Part shown: positions 13,016-26,020 of the stretch, piece after piece | Position numbering within the stretch: position 1 is the first letter of the stretch | Layout: every line of letters starts with the position of its first letter | Assembly (NCBI RefSeq): GCF_018977255.1 | Contig: NW_024704742.1 | Span: forward strand, 73,906,001 to 73,970,000 | Direction of reading: 5' to 3' | DNA: 64,000 nucleotides | DNA from: Callorhinchus milii | Taxonomy: Eukaryota | Program-made: the position numbers and the translations under genes | The notes under the pieces: generated by a model | The model's input: only the letters and a program-made list of their open reading frames with translations | Database searches by the model: none | What the model was told of the DNA's origin: nothing

Positions 13016-15819
13016 AAGTAGATTTGGACAAAGATAATATGAGTTGCCAAACACGGAAGCTTTCTATCATGTTTCCAGTCCAACTAGGAACGAGCAATTG
13101 TTGATTTTGTTATATATATAATAATTAATGCCTTTGATAGCATCCCACAAACAGGTATGAATGGTTTTTTTCCCCTGGGGATTGTTAGGACACTATGGGA
13201 TCTTAACATCCACCTGAACAGGCAGACAATTTCTCATCTCATCTCATCGAAACTACGGCACCTCCAACAATGCAGCATACCATTCTATGTTTGACCGTCA
13301 GCCTAGACTATGTGAGTTCCAATCCCTGACATGGGAATAGAAGCTTTCAAGAGGGAACTGAATAGATATATGAAAAGGGAGTGATTTGGAACAAGGGAAA
13401 TGCAGGTAAATGGGGTTGAATGGATTTCTTCTTGTTGGTTCTTCTTTCAAAAAGCAAACACACACACAATAAGCTGAATGAATTGTTTCCGTACAAAGTT
13501 TTGTGGTTCCAAAATCTTGACAGCCATCCTGGTAGCTCCTATGGGCACTTTGTCAAAATAATTTTTCAATGAAAGATCCAATGAAATACAGGAATCTTCC
13601 AACAGACAGGCACTGTGATTCCTAGCATCCCACAAAATGCAGCTATCCCAACATGTCATGTGCATGGCTAGGTGATCATGGACATTCTGTGTAGGAATAT
13701 CACAAGTGACTGAGGACAATATTTGCTACTCAAATTGAAGGCCTCGGGCATTTCATGTATGTCAGTGAAACAAAACATATTTTTTTAAACTGTTAGACGT
13801 GAATCCAGGCATGTTTGCATTACAAACATAGTTTTCCTTGCATTGCAAATCCACCAAGCACAAAGGTTGATGTTTTGTCTGCAGTAGTTATATATTTGAG
13901 GCGTTTACTGGGTGAATGCACTACTGGTGCTGTTGCACTGAAAGATGTTACATCTGTTATTCTCTGTGTTCTAAAACACTACATAGCATATATCCCTCTA
14001 TCCCGTTAAAGGAAAATGCCATGTAGATCAGAAGACTTGATGAGCATTGGCCAATGCCTTGTCGACACCCACTCTTTTTACATAGGAGAGGTAAGCAACC
14101 TGGAAACTATCGCAAGGTGATGCCGGGAAGACCACAAGCATTGCTATGCTTAGATAAAACCTTCACGAGTTGTGCCAGAAACACAAGAGCTGCTGCACAT
14201 TTACCTCAACCTCTGTATTAATCCAGAGAGAGAGTGCAGACTCCCAGAGGTGAAGCTTTGTGCAGTGCATGAGAACTCTTTTATTTCGATATGCAACTAC
14301 AGATTGGGGTTGAAAAAGCATTCAAATGGCAAAACCAGAGGAAATGGTGCCTTGCCTCAAAAACAGGGCACACAATATAAAGTGCATTACTTTCAGAGAA
14401 ACCCATGCAAGTTCACCTGCCTTTGGTCTGAGAATAATTCAGTTCAGAGCCGAAGTTTTGCAAGACAGAAAACACAGTTTTATATTGCTGGTATTTGTTA
14501 TTATAATAATAATAATAATCCTTGCATTTGATATAGCGTTATATCAGATGTCTCAACATCTTAAAGCACTTAACAAGATTTCTCAGTGCTTCATGAAGCT
14601 ATTGAGTGAAGAGCACTATATATATATATTCAAGTTGTTTTTGTTGATTTTACTGTGAAGTGAAGTGACCATGTATTTTGTTGGTGAACCCAGCAGCCAA
14701 TTTGTGGACCGCAATCTTCCACAAAAATAGAGCGAATGACCAATTTTATTGTGGAATTGTTGGCCAGGACACCAGAAATCTCCCTTTTCTTTTCAAATAG
14801 TGCCATGGGATATTTGACATGCAACTGAACAGGCAAATGAGATCTTGATTTAATGTCTTATCCAAAGGACAGTCCCTCCAACAATGAGATCAGCATTGCA
14901 TAGGGATGTCAGCTAAGACTGTTGAGTTTAAAATCCCGATAAGGGCTTCAACCGACAACCTCTGACCCAGAGTCAAGAGTGCTACCAGCAGGCTGATGGC
15001 CTTTTTTCAAAGTTTCTGTCATTAAAGGGTATTCAACCCCAATACGTCTGAACAGAACATCACTGGCAGTCTAGAGTTCCTGACTTCCCTGGCTGAAATA
15101 ACATGGATTGGGAGGGAATAGATTCTGTGAGGGAAGAACAAAATTAAAATGTCCAAATTAGGGTCCAGTCCACTGTGATGTTCATGCCAAATACTTCAAA
15201 ATATTAAAGTCCTTGGCTGTATAGTTACAATTTCAAATTAATTTGTTCTTTGCAGAATTCAGTGTTTATTTTTGACAACTTTCTCCTTTCTTGAAGGCCA
15301 CAATTCTTGCTGGGATATGATTATAAGTCCGGCTGATTTCCTGTTTCTTGTCCAAATTACCATTCTTCACGCGTGGGCCTAGATATTGTGTGTTGATAAG
15401 ATGAGTGCCTCACAGTGAAATCCCACAATGACACACGCACACTTTCCATGGAGGGAGAGGGGTTTCATCTCTGATGATTTGACCCTTTTCTAACCCAGGG
15501 TATTAGAGAAGGGGAAATATGGTGTGTTCTAGGTAAGATCAGCCAATTCAGTACGCATCTTCAGGTAATATCGGTTAAGGCGTGATTCATTTTACTTCAT
15601 CAATGGAACTGGAATTTGGTGGTTTCAACAAGAACTAACACCAACAGGGTACAGCTAAATTTAGCTCTTGTTCGAGTACATTCGGTAACAAAGAGAAGCA
15701 GGACATTTTCCTACCTTTTTTCCTTTATTAATTACCAGCATAATTTAATTCTACACTGCATAACCAAGCTTTGGTTAGTATGAACTTCCTTACATAACAC
15801 AAACTGACACAGTAAAAAT

Positions 15820-18800
15820 AGCACAGTGTAATGAATAGGAAGTTTATTGTGCTCCATGAATTCTGGAGCTAGTTCCACGTTAACCATTGCAACCAAAACA
15901 GGGCATGATTTATTGTCTTCGTTTCATGCTTCTATTGATAGGTAATGTGATTTTTCACAAATAATAGAACAAGATACAATATATTCAAACAGGATCTATG
16001 TATTCAGCATAACACCACCATGTTCCCTTGTACAGACACAAGTATACTATCTAAAATCTGGGAGAAAGCACTATCACCAAAACAAAAAATCAGGCTTCAA
16101 AGCCTATACGTGGTGCAAATAAGTTGGCGTTCAAATTGATTTGCATCAATAATTGGCTAGCATGGCTTAAACATTAAATAAAGCATCAAACATCACAACA
16201 TTCCAACAGAATGATAAATATGTGCTGACAGTAGGAATGTTGCTGACGTTTTACTGACTAAACTCCGTCAATAACAGCAAAAAAATTCTGTGAGTAGATG
16301 ATTCGCCATGTCCCCAAAATGATGTAAGACTAAGCATTGTAAAAACGCTGAGTGAATACAGAACAAACTTTCAATTCTCAATTATACATACACATAGGCA
16401 ACCCTAAAGAAGTAAAGTTACTAATTTAAAGTCACGCTGGTCAACCAGGATAAAGAGACAAACAATCGATCCCAGGCATGTATAAAATCTTACAAGCGTG
16501 CAATATTTGTATGATTTAGAAAGCTATTCCTTGCATTTGTTTTAATGCATGTGTATATAGGTGGGAAAATATTGTATGTAACCTTCATCAAGCAGCACTA
16601 TTTAAATAGAGGAAAAAAGTTACACTGAAACTTAAAACACTGTCGTGTAATTCTTGGTTTGTGATGTTGAGAGATTCTCCTTCAGTCTATAAAAGTGATT
16701 CTGCAACAGATTATGGTCACTTTCTTTCACAGATTTATAGTAAAAATTGCTAAATACTGTATGTACTGCTTCTCTGTCTCGGGATGCAGGTGATAATGTT
16801 ATGCAAGTATATTTTATATTGGAAGAAAACGTGAACAAACTTCATGAGTTGCAAGAGTTGTAAACCATGACATAGGGAATTTGTTTTATGTCGGCATTCC
16901 TGCCTAACTTTACAATACTCGCCAGCTACCTAAAAAAATAAACATCTTCACGAAGAGGCTTTCCTATTACAGCGATGCTGAATGGGGGCAGAACTGCCTT
17001 GTCAAATCCGGCCATCAGAATGCCACAACTTAATTTTTACTTTACATATACAAATATAGATGTTTTCTTTTGGTACAATCACTTCATTTGCTATTTTTTT
17101 ATTCCTATATCTCAATGTCAGAAATGGTTTGTGTACTGTAATATGCAAGAAGTATACACCAGATTCTTATAATTCAGTTACAAAGCAATTCTGTCACTGT
17201 ACTTTCCTGTCAATCATCTGATAGTGCTATATTGCACTACTTGGAATTCTAAATCTTTAATCAATGACAATTCAGCATCATGTTTAATTTATTACAGCAC
17301 AAAGGTCATTTGAAGATTTCATTACATTTTAATTAAAACATTATTGTTGTCAGAGTGCGAGTATTAAGGAGGGTGTGTGTGCTTGAAATCTGTATGATTC
17401 AAGCTTTACTCTCATGCTTTAAGAACATAAAAAGGTTCTGCAAATAGTTTCATTGAAGAATCTCCCTCTACCACTCTATCTCGCTCCCTTTCTTTCTGTC
17501 TTTAAATCCCGCCTTAAATCCTTCCTCTTTGAATGCACCTATAGCCCCCTCCCCCACTCTCGCGCTCTCCTCTTTCTTGCTTGACATCCAACCATGTCCT
17601 TGTAACGTCCTCCGAGACATTACCCTAAGGGCTGAGTGCTATGTACCTGCAAGTTGTTGTTGTTCATTGCTCCCAATGGTAATCACACAAAACTCCAGAA
17701 CACCTACTTACCCTCACAACCTACATTAGGTAATTTTGGTCAGTTATTTCCAGGGTATCTTGGTGCCACGGTTCCAGGAGCTCAAGAATCATTGTTACTC
17801 TTATTACTTTAACCTCATTTATAACCTTATGTAGTATTCACCTCATATGCTTGATAGCATTTATCTAGAGCTATGAGCATGGAATTGAAGGGCATAGCCT
17901 CAAAGCAAGACTGAGAATTACAAGGACATTTGTTCAGAGCAGTGGATATCTGGAAGGTTAGAGGAGTCAGGACCCGGAGTCTTCCCACTGAGTAAGGTGC
18001 TCTGCTGTGTCCTGGCACACACTTTGGTCACTGACCCACCTTCGAATTTAAGATCCTCATCCTCACCTACAAGGCCATTCACGGCCTCGCTCCCTCCTAC
18101 TTCTCCGACCTTATATCCCCCTACCTACGTGCCCGTACCCTCTGTTTCTCTGGCTCCGGTCTGCTCCACATCCCCCGCCCCAACCGCCCTACCATCGGTG
18201 GCCTCTCAGCCCCTAGGCTCTGGAACTCTATCCCCCAGTGCCTTCGCCGCCTCCTCCCTTTCCTCCTTCAAGGCCGGTCTCAAGACCTTTCTCTTTGACC
18301 GTGCCTTCAGTTTCCCTCTCGACTCTCTACCCCCTCCTCGCTCCCTCCCTTCCCTCCCCTCACCCTGATCATTTCCCCCTTGTTCGGGTCCTGACCCAAC
18401 TGTACAGCGCCTTGGGACGTCCTCCCGACGTGAAAGGCGCTCAATAAATGGAATCTTGTTGTTGTTGTTGTTCTCAGTTTAGAGATCACCGAGGAGACCA
18501 GAACCAGAGAGAAAAAAATCAACAGAAACTTTTCAAGGGATCCAACAGAAGGTATTAAAAGTTTTAAGTTAACATTGAGGCACTTGGAGGACCCCCACTA
18601 ACTACCTTAATTGTCTCATGAATCAATGATTGTAAAAACAGTGCACTTTAAGAGTCTTGCATGAGCCTACATCCAAGAGAACATGAAGAACTCCAATTGA
18701 AATTCAATTAGGGCTGAGGTTTCAAACTTTTAAAAGACAAGAATCAAATCATATTTCCATACATATAGTGAACTTTATATTCATTTGGTGTAATTTACAT

Positions 18801-19152
18801 TGAAGACAAGCTGGGAAAATAAGCAAGGTCAAGCATATATGACTACCTTGATTGTAGAACAGCTTGCAAAGCTCCATAAATCAAAACACTGTCTGTGACA
18901 TGATCGTGTATTAGTAAGCATTGTTTGGTGACTTAGCTAAGTGGATACAAGACCGTTCTACAAACTAAGAGGGGTGCATTTGGGTAAGAAAATAATACAA
19001 ATTACAAACCATTTTAAAACAAACTGAGGGAAAAAAAGAATACTGTACTTCGCAGTTTAAAAACCTCTTCAAACATCTTCTATCCACATCGTAATAAAAG
19101 CAAGCTGTCAGAGGTTGATCTGATCAAGTGCCTTTGGTTAATTGGTCAGCAC
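15820..19152 (-). other. PARM1: Probable long PARM1 3' UTR with candidate poly(A) signals (AATAAA on minus strand near 15843-15848 and 15909-15914)
   Basis: AT-rich, mostly repeat-poor stretch after the stop; the distal AATAAA is followed by GT-rich sequence on the minus strand. The end point is inferred. Confidence 0.45.
18040..18472 (+). mobile_element. L2 3' end inserted antisense in the putative PARM1 3' UTR
   Basis: Very similar to 28338-28830 (reverse strand); (GTT)n tail. Confidence 0.88.
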
Positions 19153-19237
19153 TTACGAATCGTCATACAAAGGATTATTAAAATTCCCCCACGAACCATA
19201 GTCCTGATCATCCAGTAGTCGTCCATATGTTGTTTTT
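19153..19237 (-). CDS. PARM1: PARM1 exon 4, cytoplasmic tail [28 protein letters not shown]
   Basis: Acceptor ttgttgcAG|, correct phase 2. The peptide matches the PARM1 C-terminus as I recall it ([24 protein letters not shown]), with YxxL and NPxY motifs. TAA at 19153-19155. Confidence 0.95.
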
Positions 19238-20924
19238 CTGCAACAAATAAGAAATCATTTGAACATTACACCTTTTGGTAGTACAACATATCTACATTGT
19301 ACGGTATTTACAGCATTTTGCAGACCGTTTGTTCAATAAATCAAAATAAGGATTTTAATTTTGGGCTCAAATATGAGTCTCCCCTTCAACTGTTGATAAA
19401 AGAAAAAAAAACAATTGACTCAAACATCTTTTTCCATAAATTAATGGGTGGCAGTCCTTCTGGGAGAAAGTGCCTTAGCATTACCAAGACTGGCATTGCA
19501 AAGCAGATGGATTAATATCAGCAAATGTTTAGACAACCAAGTAATTTCAATCAATCTTTATTTTTTATCAATGTGTATTTGATATTGGATTTTCCATTAC
19601 AAGCATATGCCACGCTACCTTACCAGTGGAACAAACAGCTTGTGAGATTTTTTTTTAATATTAGAGTCAATTGTGGTTGTTATAGAAACCCACTGGTGTT
19701 GGCAAGAGATAATCAGGTAAATCTGTATTTTGTCACGATTTTGGATGAAAGCCGCTAAGCTGTGACATGCGGTAAGTGAGAGTTTAAATCGACAGAAAAG
19801 AATCCGCATATTTTCCCCTCAGAATCTGGCTTAGAGCTAATATTCATTCATCATAAAATCATACAATATTACAGCACAAAACTGGCCACGTGACCCCATC
19901 AAGTCTGTGCTGGTGTTTTTCTCACATGGGCCACCTAATCTGGTTTCACTCTCCTATTCACTCCCCATAACTTTCTCTTTAATATTTCTCTTTCTTCAAG
20001 CCTCTATCCAAATGCTTTTTAGAAGAATATAATTTACATAGAGCCTTTCGCATCAGGAGCTCATCTCAGTTCAAATAAATAGAACCATAGGAATTTACAA
20101 CACAGAAGAAGGCCATTTGGACCATCGTGTCTGTGCCAGCTCCTTTTAGAGCAATTCTTTCAGTCCCATTTGCCTGCCCTTTCCTTGTAGCCCTGTAGTT
20201 TACTGGATATGTTTGAACAGAATTATTATTTTAAGGTCTGCAAAACCATTTTACAAACATGACTGCCATCAACTTCACACATTGTTCAATTATTACAATG
20301 CAGTGTTCGAGGGTTCTTTACTGCTATTTAATAGTAATAATAATCCTTGTACAGTACCTCATCACGTCATTGAAACGTCTCAAAGGGCTTCACAGAATAT
20401 ATTGTAAAGTGGATTGACTGTATATTTGAGTCAATTCATTGATCCACAACAACTAGGGAAAGTACTGATAATTTCCAAAAATCAATCAAACTAATCATTT
20501 ATATTTGCCGACACTCCCTCAAGGTTCCATGATCTCATAGAAAACAGTTGCTAAAGTAATTCATTGATCTATTTTCCTGGTTTTGTATGGAATCACATCT
20601 GTCAAGTTCTCAGAAACAGCCGTCATTTCCATGGCTGAGAAACGTTGTAAACCACTGAATACATACAAGTATTCAATAAACTAACAGCTGCATGTAAATG
20701 ATCTGGAATAATGAATACAATCTTATTTAGGTGACTAGTATCAAGCAAAGCAACATACACACCAACATTATCAACTTAAGTAAACCCATTAATGTATAAC
20801 AGCACATACTACCACATTGTGCATAAACAATATTTCCATAAACTCCTGATAAAAAAATCTTCCCCCCACCCCCTCCCTCTCGGCTGCCTCGGAGGCATCT
20901 GACCACCTTCCCCTCTGGGCTTCT

Positions 20925-22445
20925 TCCCACAATGACCTATCCTTGTCAGTCACTCTTCTCCATAGATCCCTCTCCACCACTCTCCATTCCCCTGCTCCCT
21001 TCTCTTCCCGAACTGTCTCCTATTCACATAAGTCACCTCAGTACACCAGCCACCTCCACTCCCTTAAAGCACAGTTGCATGCCACTGAATGCACCTGGCT
21101 TAAATCGAACTTAACAGTCCATCAGCAGATCTGACTGGACCTTATCAAGTCCTACTGCTCCACCCTCGCCTCTGCTAAATCGTCATTCTACTCTAAGACA
21201 ATCTTGGAGGCCAAGGACAACCCCAGACTCCTCTTCTCCATGCCCAACCTCTCACACCTCGCCCATCCTCACCTCAAATGCCAACTGTGAGGCAATGCTG
21301 GACTTCCTCAAATCGAAAGTCGAGGGGATCCGCTCAGCTGCCTCTGCCATTCCATCTACTACCCTCTCCCCATCTCCCCCTCCCACCCTGGACCTTACCC
21401 ATCCCTCCCTCCACACCTTCAAACCTGTCTCCCACTCCTCTTTCACCACCACTATAACCTGCATGAAACTGACGACCTGCTCCCTCGACCCCATCCCTAC
21501 CTCTCTCCTTACCTCCCAGCTCCACCTCCTTGCCCCTCTACTCACTGACATCATAAACCTCTCCCTGTCCTCTAGTACTGTTCCCACCCCATTATAAATG
21601 GCCGGCATTACTCTTATCCTTAAAACTCCCTCCCTGGACCCATCTCTACTCTCAAACTACCGCCCAATCGCCAACCTCCCTTTCCTCTCCAAAGTCCTGG
21701 AACGAGTTTTTTCTTCCCAGCTTCGCATCTTCCTCTCCCGCCACTCCCTTCACAAACCCCTCCAATCAGGTTTCCGTGCTGCCCACAACACAGAAACAGC
21801 TCTGGTCAAAGTGACAAATGACATTCTGTCCATCTGCAACCAGGGCTCCCTCTGCCTCCTCGTTCTCCGTAACTTCTCTGCTGCCTTTGACACTGTTGAT
21901 CACTCTATCCTCATCCACCACCTCTCCTCTCACCTCAACCTTCATGGCGCTGTCCTTGACTGGTTCAGACCGTATCTCTCACACCGCCTGCACTTCATCT
22001 CCACAAACAGTTTCTCCTCGAGCTCCCGCAGCGTCTCGTGCGGTGTTCCTCAGGGCTCTGTCCTTGGTCCCCTCCACTTCAATATCTATACGCTCCCTCT
22101 TGGTGACATCATCCGCAGATGTGGAGTCAACTTCCACATGTATGCGGATGACACCCAACTCTACCTCTCTGCCTCCACCCTTGACTCCAGGACCACTGCT
22201 GTCCTGACAAGACCTGGTTGAGAGCCAACTTTCTTCAGTTGAACATCAACAAGGCTCTCCTGATTGGCTCCCGTCAGCGCCTCCTCACCTCAGGCACTGA
22301 CAACATCACCATCCATGGTTGCACACTCCACCTCACTGAGTCAGTTCGGAACGTTGGTGTCTTGTTTGACCCTCAACTATCCTTTCTACCCCACATCTGT
22401 GCCATGACCTGCTCTGCCTTCCCCCACCTCCGCACCTCCGCAAGA
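20925..22445 (+). mobile_element. L2 LINE internal RT fragment
   Basis: NYRPIANLPFLSKVLE, QSGFR, GVPQGSVLGP, YADDTQLY in ORF 21598..22221. Confidence 0.92.
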
Positions 22446-22781
22446 TTATAATGCAAATTGTAATGTTCTCTGAATAACAACTTGTTGATTAAAATTTTCA
22501 CAAATGTCTTAGGGAACTTAGTTTAGAATCCAGTATGGGATTTAGAGCCAACAGGAATTCCCAAGATCATAAGAGGCTGGGATGAAAGAGACACTTCAGC
22601 TCATATGATCTCATTCTTTAGAAATAGCAACCCCGTCTCCTTCCCATAACAGCCACAAAGTGGTTTCTTAAATGAGCCTAGCGTCTTGGCCACTCTTTTT
22701 GTCAGAATCAGATAAATGGCAATTATGAATTGACTGTATTTGATATTCAGCTAAGAATGAGCATGTTTTCGCAAACCTTAC

Positions 22782-22860
22782 CTTAACTTCAAGTAAGCCA
22801 CTCCTCCAAATACCACCAAAACAGCTATGATGATAACCACAACAATGGCTGCCACGCTTC
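22782..22860 (-). CDS. PARM1: PARM1 exon 3, transmembrane helix (GSVAAIVVVIIIAVLVVFGGVAYLKL)
   Basis: Acceptor catcactAG|, donor AAG|GTAAGG; in-frame hydrophobic stretch followed by basic residues. Confidence 0.93.
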
Positions 22861-22924
22861 CTAGTGATGAAAATAACAAAATAGTGACTAAGGGACAATA
22901 TCATTGATATAGCGCCTTATCACA

Positions 22925-23292
22925 TAATAATAATAATCCTTGCATTTGATATAGCGCTTTTCACGTTGGGAGGACGTCCCAAAGCGCTTCACAGAACACA
23001 CTGTAAAGTGAATTGACTGTATATTTGTGGGCGAACGCGGCAGCCAATTGCGCACAGCAGTGTTCCACAAACAGTCATGGATTAAATGACCACTTTTTTT
23101 TAAAAAAGGGATTATTACCTCCGGATAGGTGATCAGCCAATCGACTAACAACCGGGTTCCTACTTACTGCTGGGTGAACAGAGGCGTGTGGAGTAAGAAA
23201 ACTTGCCCTACGTTTCGCCCTGCCTGGGAATCAAACCCGGGTCCTCTCACTTGCAAGGGGAGTGCTCTAACCACTAAGGTACAGGACTTCAC
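22925..23292 (-). mobile_element. tRNA-Ala-derived SINE
   Basis: Full reverse-complement copy. Confidence 0.88.
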
Positions 23293-23587
23293 TAGCTAAT
23301 AATAGCTAGCTAACGTTAATGTTTCACACAGGGTTATGATATAGTAATCCAATGTCCAATGTTGAACAACAGTTAACTATTAAGCGGTTAAAAATAGCTA
23401 TTTGATTGTTTCCATTTCTATGTACTGAGGCTGCTGATCTACAGTGGTCTTTGCAGAAAAATAAATCTGCAGGATGGGATCAATTAATTAATTGAAACAC
23501 TACCTTTTTTCACAAATAAAATGTTACTCAATAGATACCCTTTACTGAGAAAGGCTAAGTGCAGATGCACTATATCTTTTATCTCAC

Positions 23588-24814
23588 CTGCACTCAAATG
23601 GTCACTGGTTTGGTTATTTTTGATGGCGCTTTGCTGGGATGATGATGTTGCAGTTGATGGTGAAGATGTAAAGCTTACAACAGTATTAGTTGCACTTGGT
23701 TTTCCATTTGTAGCAAACGTTGGCGAGGCTATTGGCTGACTTACACTTGAAGCTGGTAATGATGCACTGGATGCCTCTGTGTCATTTGTAGTTGTAGTTG
23801 GTAGCCATGTACTGGTTTCCTGTGTATTATTTGCAGTTGTAGCTGGTAGAGATGTACTGGATTCTTGTGTGTTATTTGCAGTTGTAGATGTACTTGAAAC
23901 CTCTGTTTCATCTGTATTTGTAGCTGGTAGAGATGTACTGGATTCCTGTGTGTTATTTGCAGTTGTCGATGTACTGGATACCTCTGTTTCATTTGCAGTT
24001 GTAGTTGGTACAGATGTACTGGATTCCTCTGTGTTATTTGCAGTTGTAGCTGGTAGAGATGTAATGGATTCCTGTGTGTTATTTGCAGTTGTAGATGTAC
24101 TGGATACCTCTGTTTCATTTGCAGTTGTAGTTGGTACAGATGTACTGGATTCCTCTGTGTTATTTGCAGTTGTAGCTGGTAGAGATGTAATGGATTCCTG
24201 GGTGTTATTTGCAGTTGTCGATGTACTGGATACCTCTGTTTCATTTGCAGTTGTAGTTGGTACACATGTACTGGATTCCTCTGTGTTATTTGCAGTTGTA
24301 GCTGGTAGAGATGTAATGGATTCCTGTGTGTTATTTGCAGTTGTAGATGTACTGGATACCTCTGTTTCATTTGCAGTTGTAGTTGGTACAGATGTACTGG
24401 ATTCCTCTGTGTTATTTGCAGTTGTAGCTGGTAGAGATGTAATGGATTCCTGGGTGTCATTTGCAGTTGTAGATGTACTGGATATCTCTGTTTCCTTTGC
24501 ATTTGTAGTTGGTAGAGATGTACTGGATTCCTCTCTGTTGTTTGCAGCAGAAGAGAGCAATGTTGCAAAACCAGTTGACTGGCTTACAGTGGAAGCTGAC
24601 TGGAGTGTATTAGCTGGGGACTGACTGTTGGATGAGTTTGGGGTTCCTGTGATCATACTGTTCCCAATTGTGTCACTCTTCCCTCCATTATAGGGAATGG
24701 TTGTCACTTTAGGACTTTCAGGCACGGTGGTTGATGTAATGCTCGTTGTGACCCTGGTTGATGCCAGATTGCGTGTAGCTGCAATTGTAGTAGATGTGCT
24801 CAAGACCGTTGTGT
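23588..24814 (-). CDS. PARM1: PARM1 exon 2, Ser/Thr-rich mucin-like ectodomain with tandem repeats
   Basis: Acceptor tttattacAG|; 1227-nt open frame (listed ORF 23484..24803); donor CAG|GTGAGA; phase 1-1. Confidence 0.92.
23770..24540 (-). repeat. Coding higher-order tandem repeat, 126-bp period (45+36+45-bp subunits)
   Basis: Motif gtagttggtaca recurs at 24001, 24127, 24253 and 24379. Confidence 0.95.
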
Positions 24815-25717
24815 CTGTAATAAAGGATATTTTTGTTACATTTTATTCTTCAGTTTTATTTTTGAATAATTAGATATGACTGGTCAAATCTAATTGTTCA
24901 AAGAAAACAAAGTAAATAATTGGGTAAACTAGCAGACATATTCCCTGTAATGCCCTTCATACAAGTCACGCTTTGATTCCTATGTGCTTAAATAAGATTA
25001 GAACCAAGGAACCCTGTCTGGATTCAAAGTACTCTTTTACTTTAAAAAAAGGGTCCACAGTATCCCTAAACCATCAGACGGAGCTGCAGACTATTTCTCC
25101 ATCCTCTACATCTTCACCTTTGTCGTTCACAGGTGCCAGTGGCACATCAATGTCAGACTGTAGTTATGCAGTCTCACAATGTAAGCTGAGGCCATCTAGG
25201 AAAGTATAATGTATCAAAACTTGGGGAGCCTGAGTTCAACACCCTCACTCACGCATGCTGGGAGCAAAACAATCCAACACCCTGCTCATGTCAGTGGCAC
25301 AAACAAATTGCAGTTAAGCTCTGAGACACAAGGGCGCAAAGACTGTCTGAGATCCTGGCAAGAAAATCACATCCAGCAACAGTGCTGCAAAAAATCCCTG
25401 TGGCAGATCAGAACCAAGACTTGCTGGACAATGCCAGTGTGCCTATCAGCCCAGTCCAAGGCGTTGAAAGGACAGAGGCTGACTGAAAGCACTTGGTAGA
25501 GAGGAGGAGGTGAACCAACACCAGCCTGCAGTGCAATAAGGAAAGCAGGAAACAGGCACAAGGATGCTAGCAGAGAAGATAGAAGGTGAATCAACTCTAC
25601 AGGATTGGCTATGGAGAATGCTGCATGTTGATCTGCAGAAGCGAAACATTATAAACCAAACAAACAGGAGAAAAAACAATATTTTTCTTTTAAAGGACAT
25701 TTATAAAAGAGGTGTCA

Positions 25718-26020
25718 ACCTGGCTCAGTAGGTAACTCTCGCCTCTGAGTCAGAAGGTTTTGGAATTAAGTCTCACATCAGGACACTGAGCACACAGTTT
25801 TGGCTGACACTCCAGTGCAGTGCTGGGTGTGTGCTGCATTGTTGGATGTGCCGTCCTTTGGGTGATAAGCTAAACCAAGTTCCTGACTGCCTGTTTAGGT
25901 GGATGTTAAAGATCCCATGACAGTATTGGAAAAGAGCTGGGAGTTTTTCCCTGGTGCCCTGGCCAACAATCCTCCACAGAAATGATTCACTTCATAGTTG
26001 CTTGTGGAACATTGCTTTGT
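25718..26020 (+). mobile_element. Old Deu-domain SINE (SacSINE1/AmnSINE1-like). Further copies near 13140-13340(-), 14510-14990(-), 26470-27010(+), 30240-30670(-), 39110-39400(-), 43430-43820(-), 45800-46140(+)
   Basis: Core GCTGCATTGT..GTGCCGTC..GGTGGATGTTAAAGATCCCATG..GTCCTGGCCAA matches the Deu domain as I recall it; repeated through the window. Confidence 0.75.

Noticed and set aside
23741..24624. ORFs 23741..24568 (-, Gln/Leu-rich) and 23779..24624 (+, Val-rich)
   Set aside because: Alternative-frame and antisense shadows of the stop-poor mucin repeat; only the Ser/Thr frame splices in phase.
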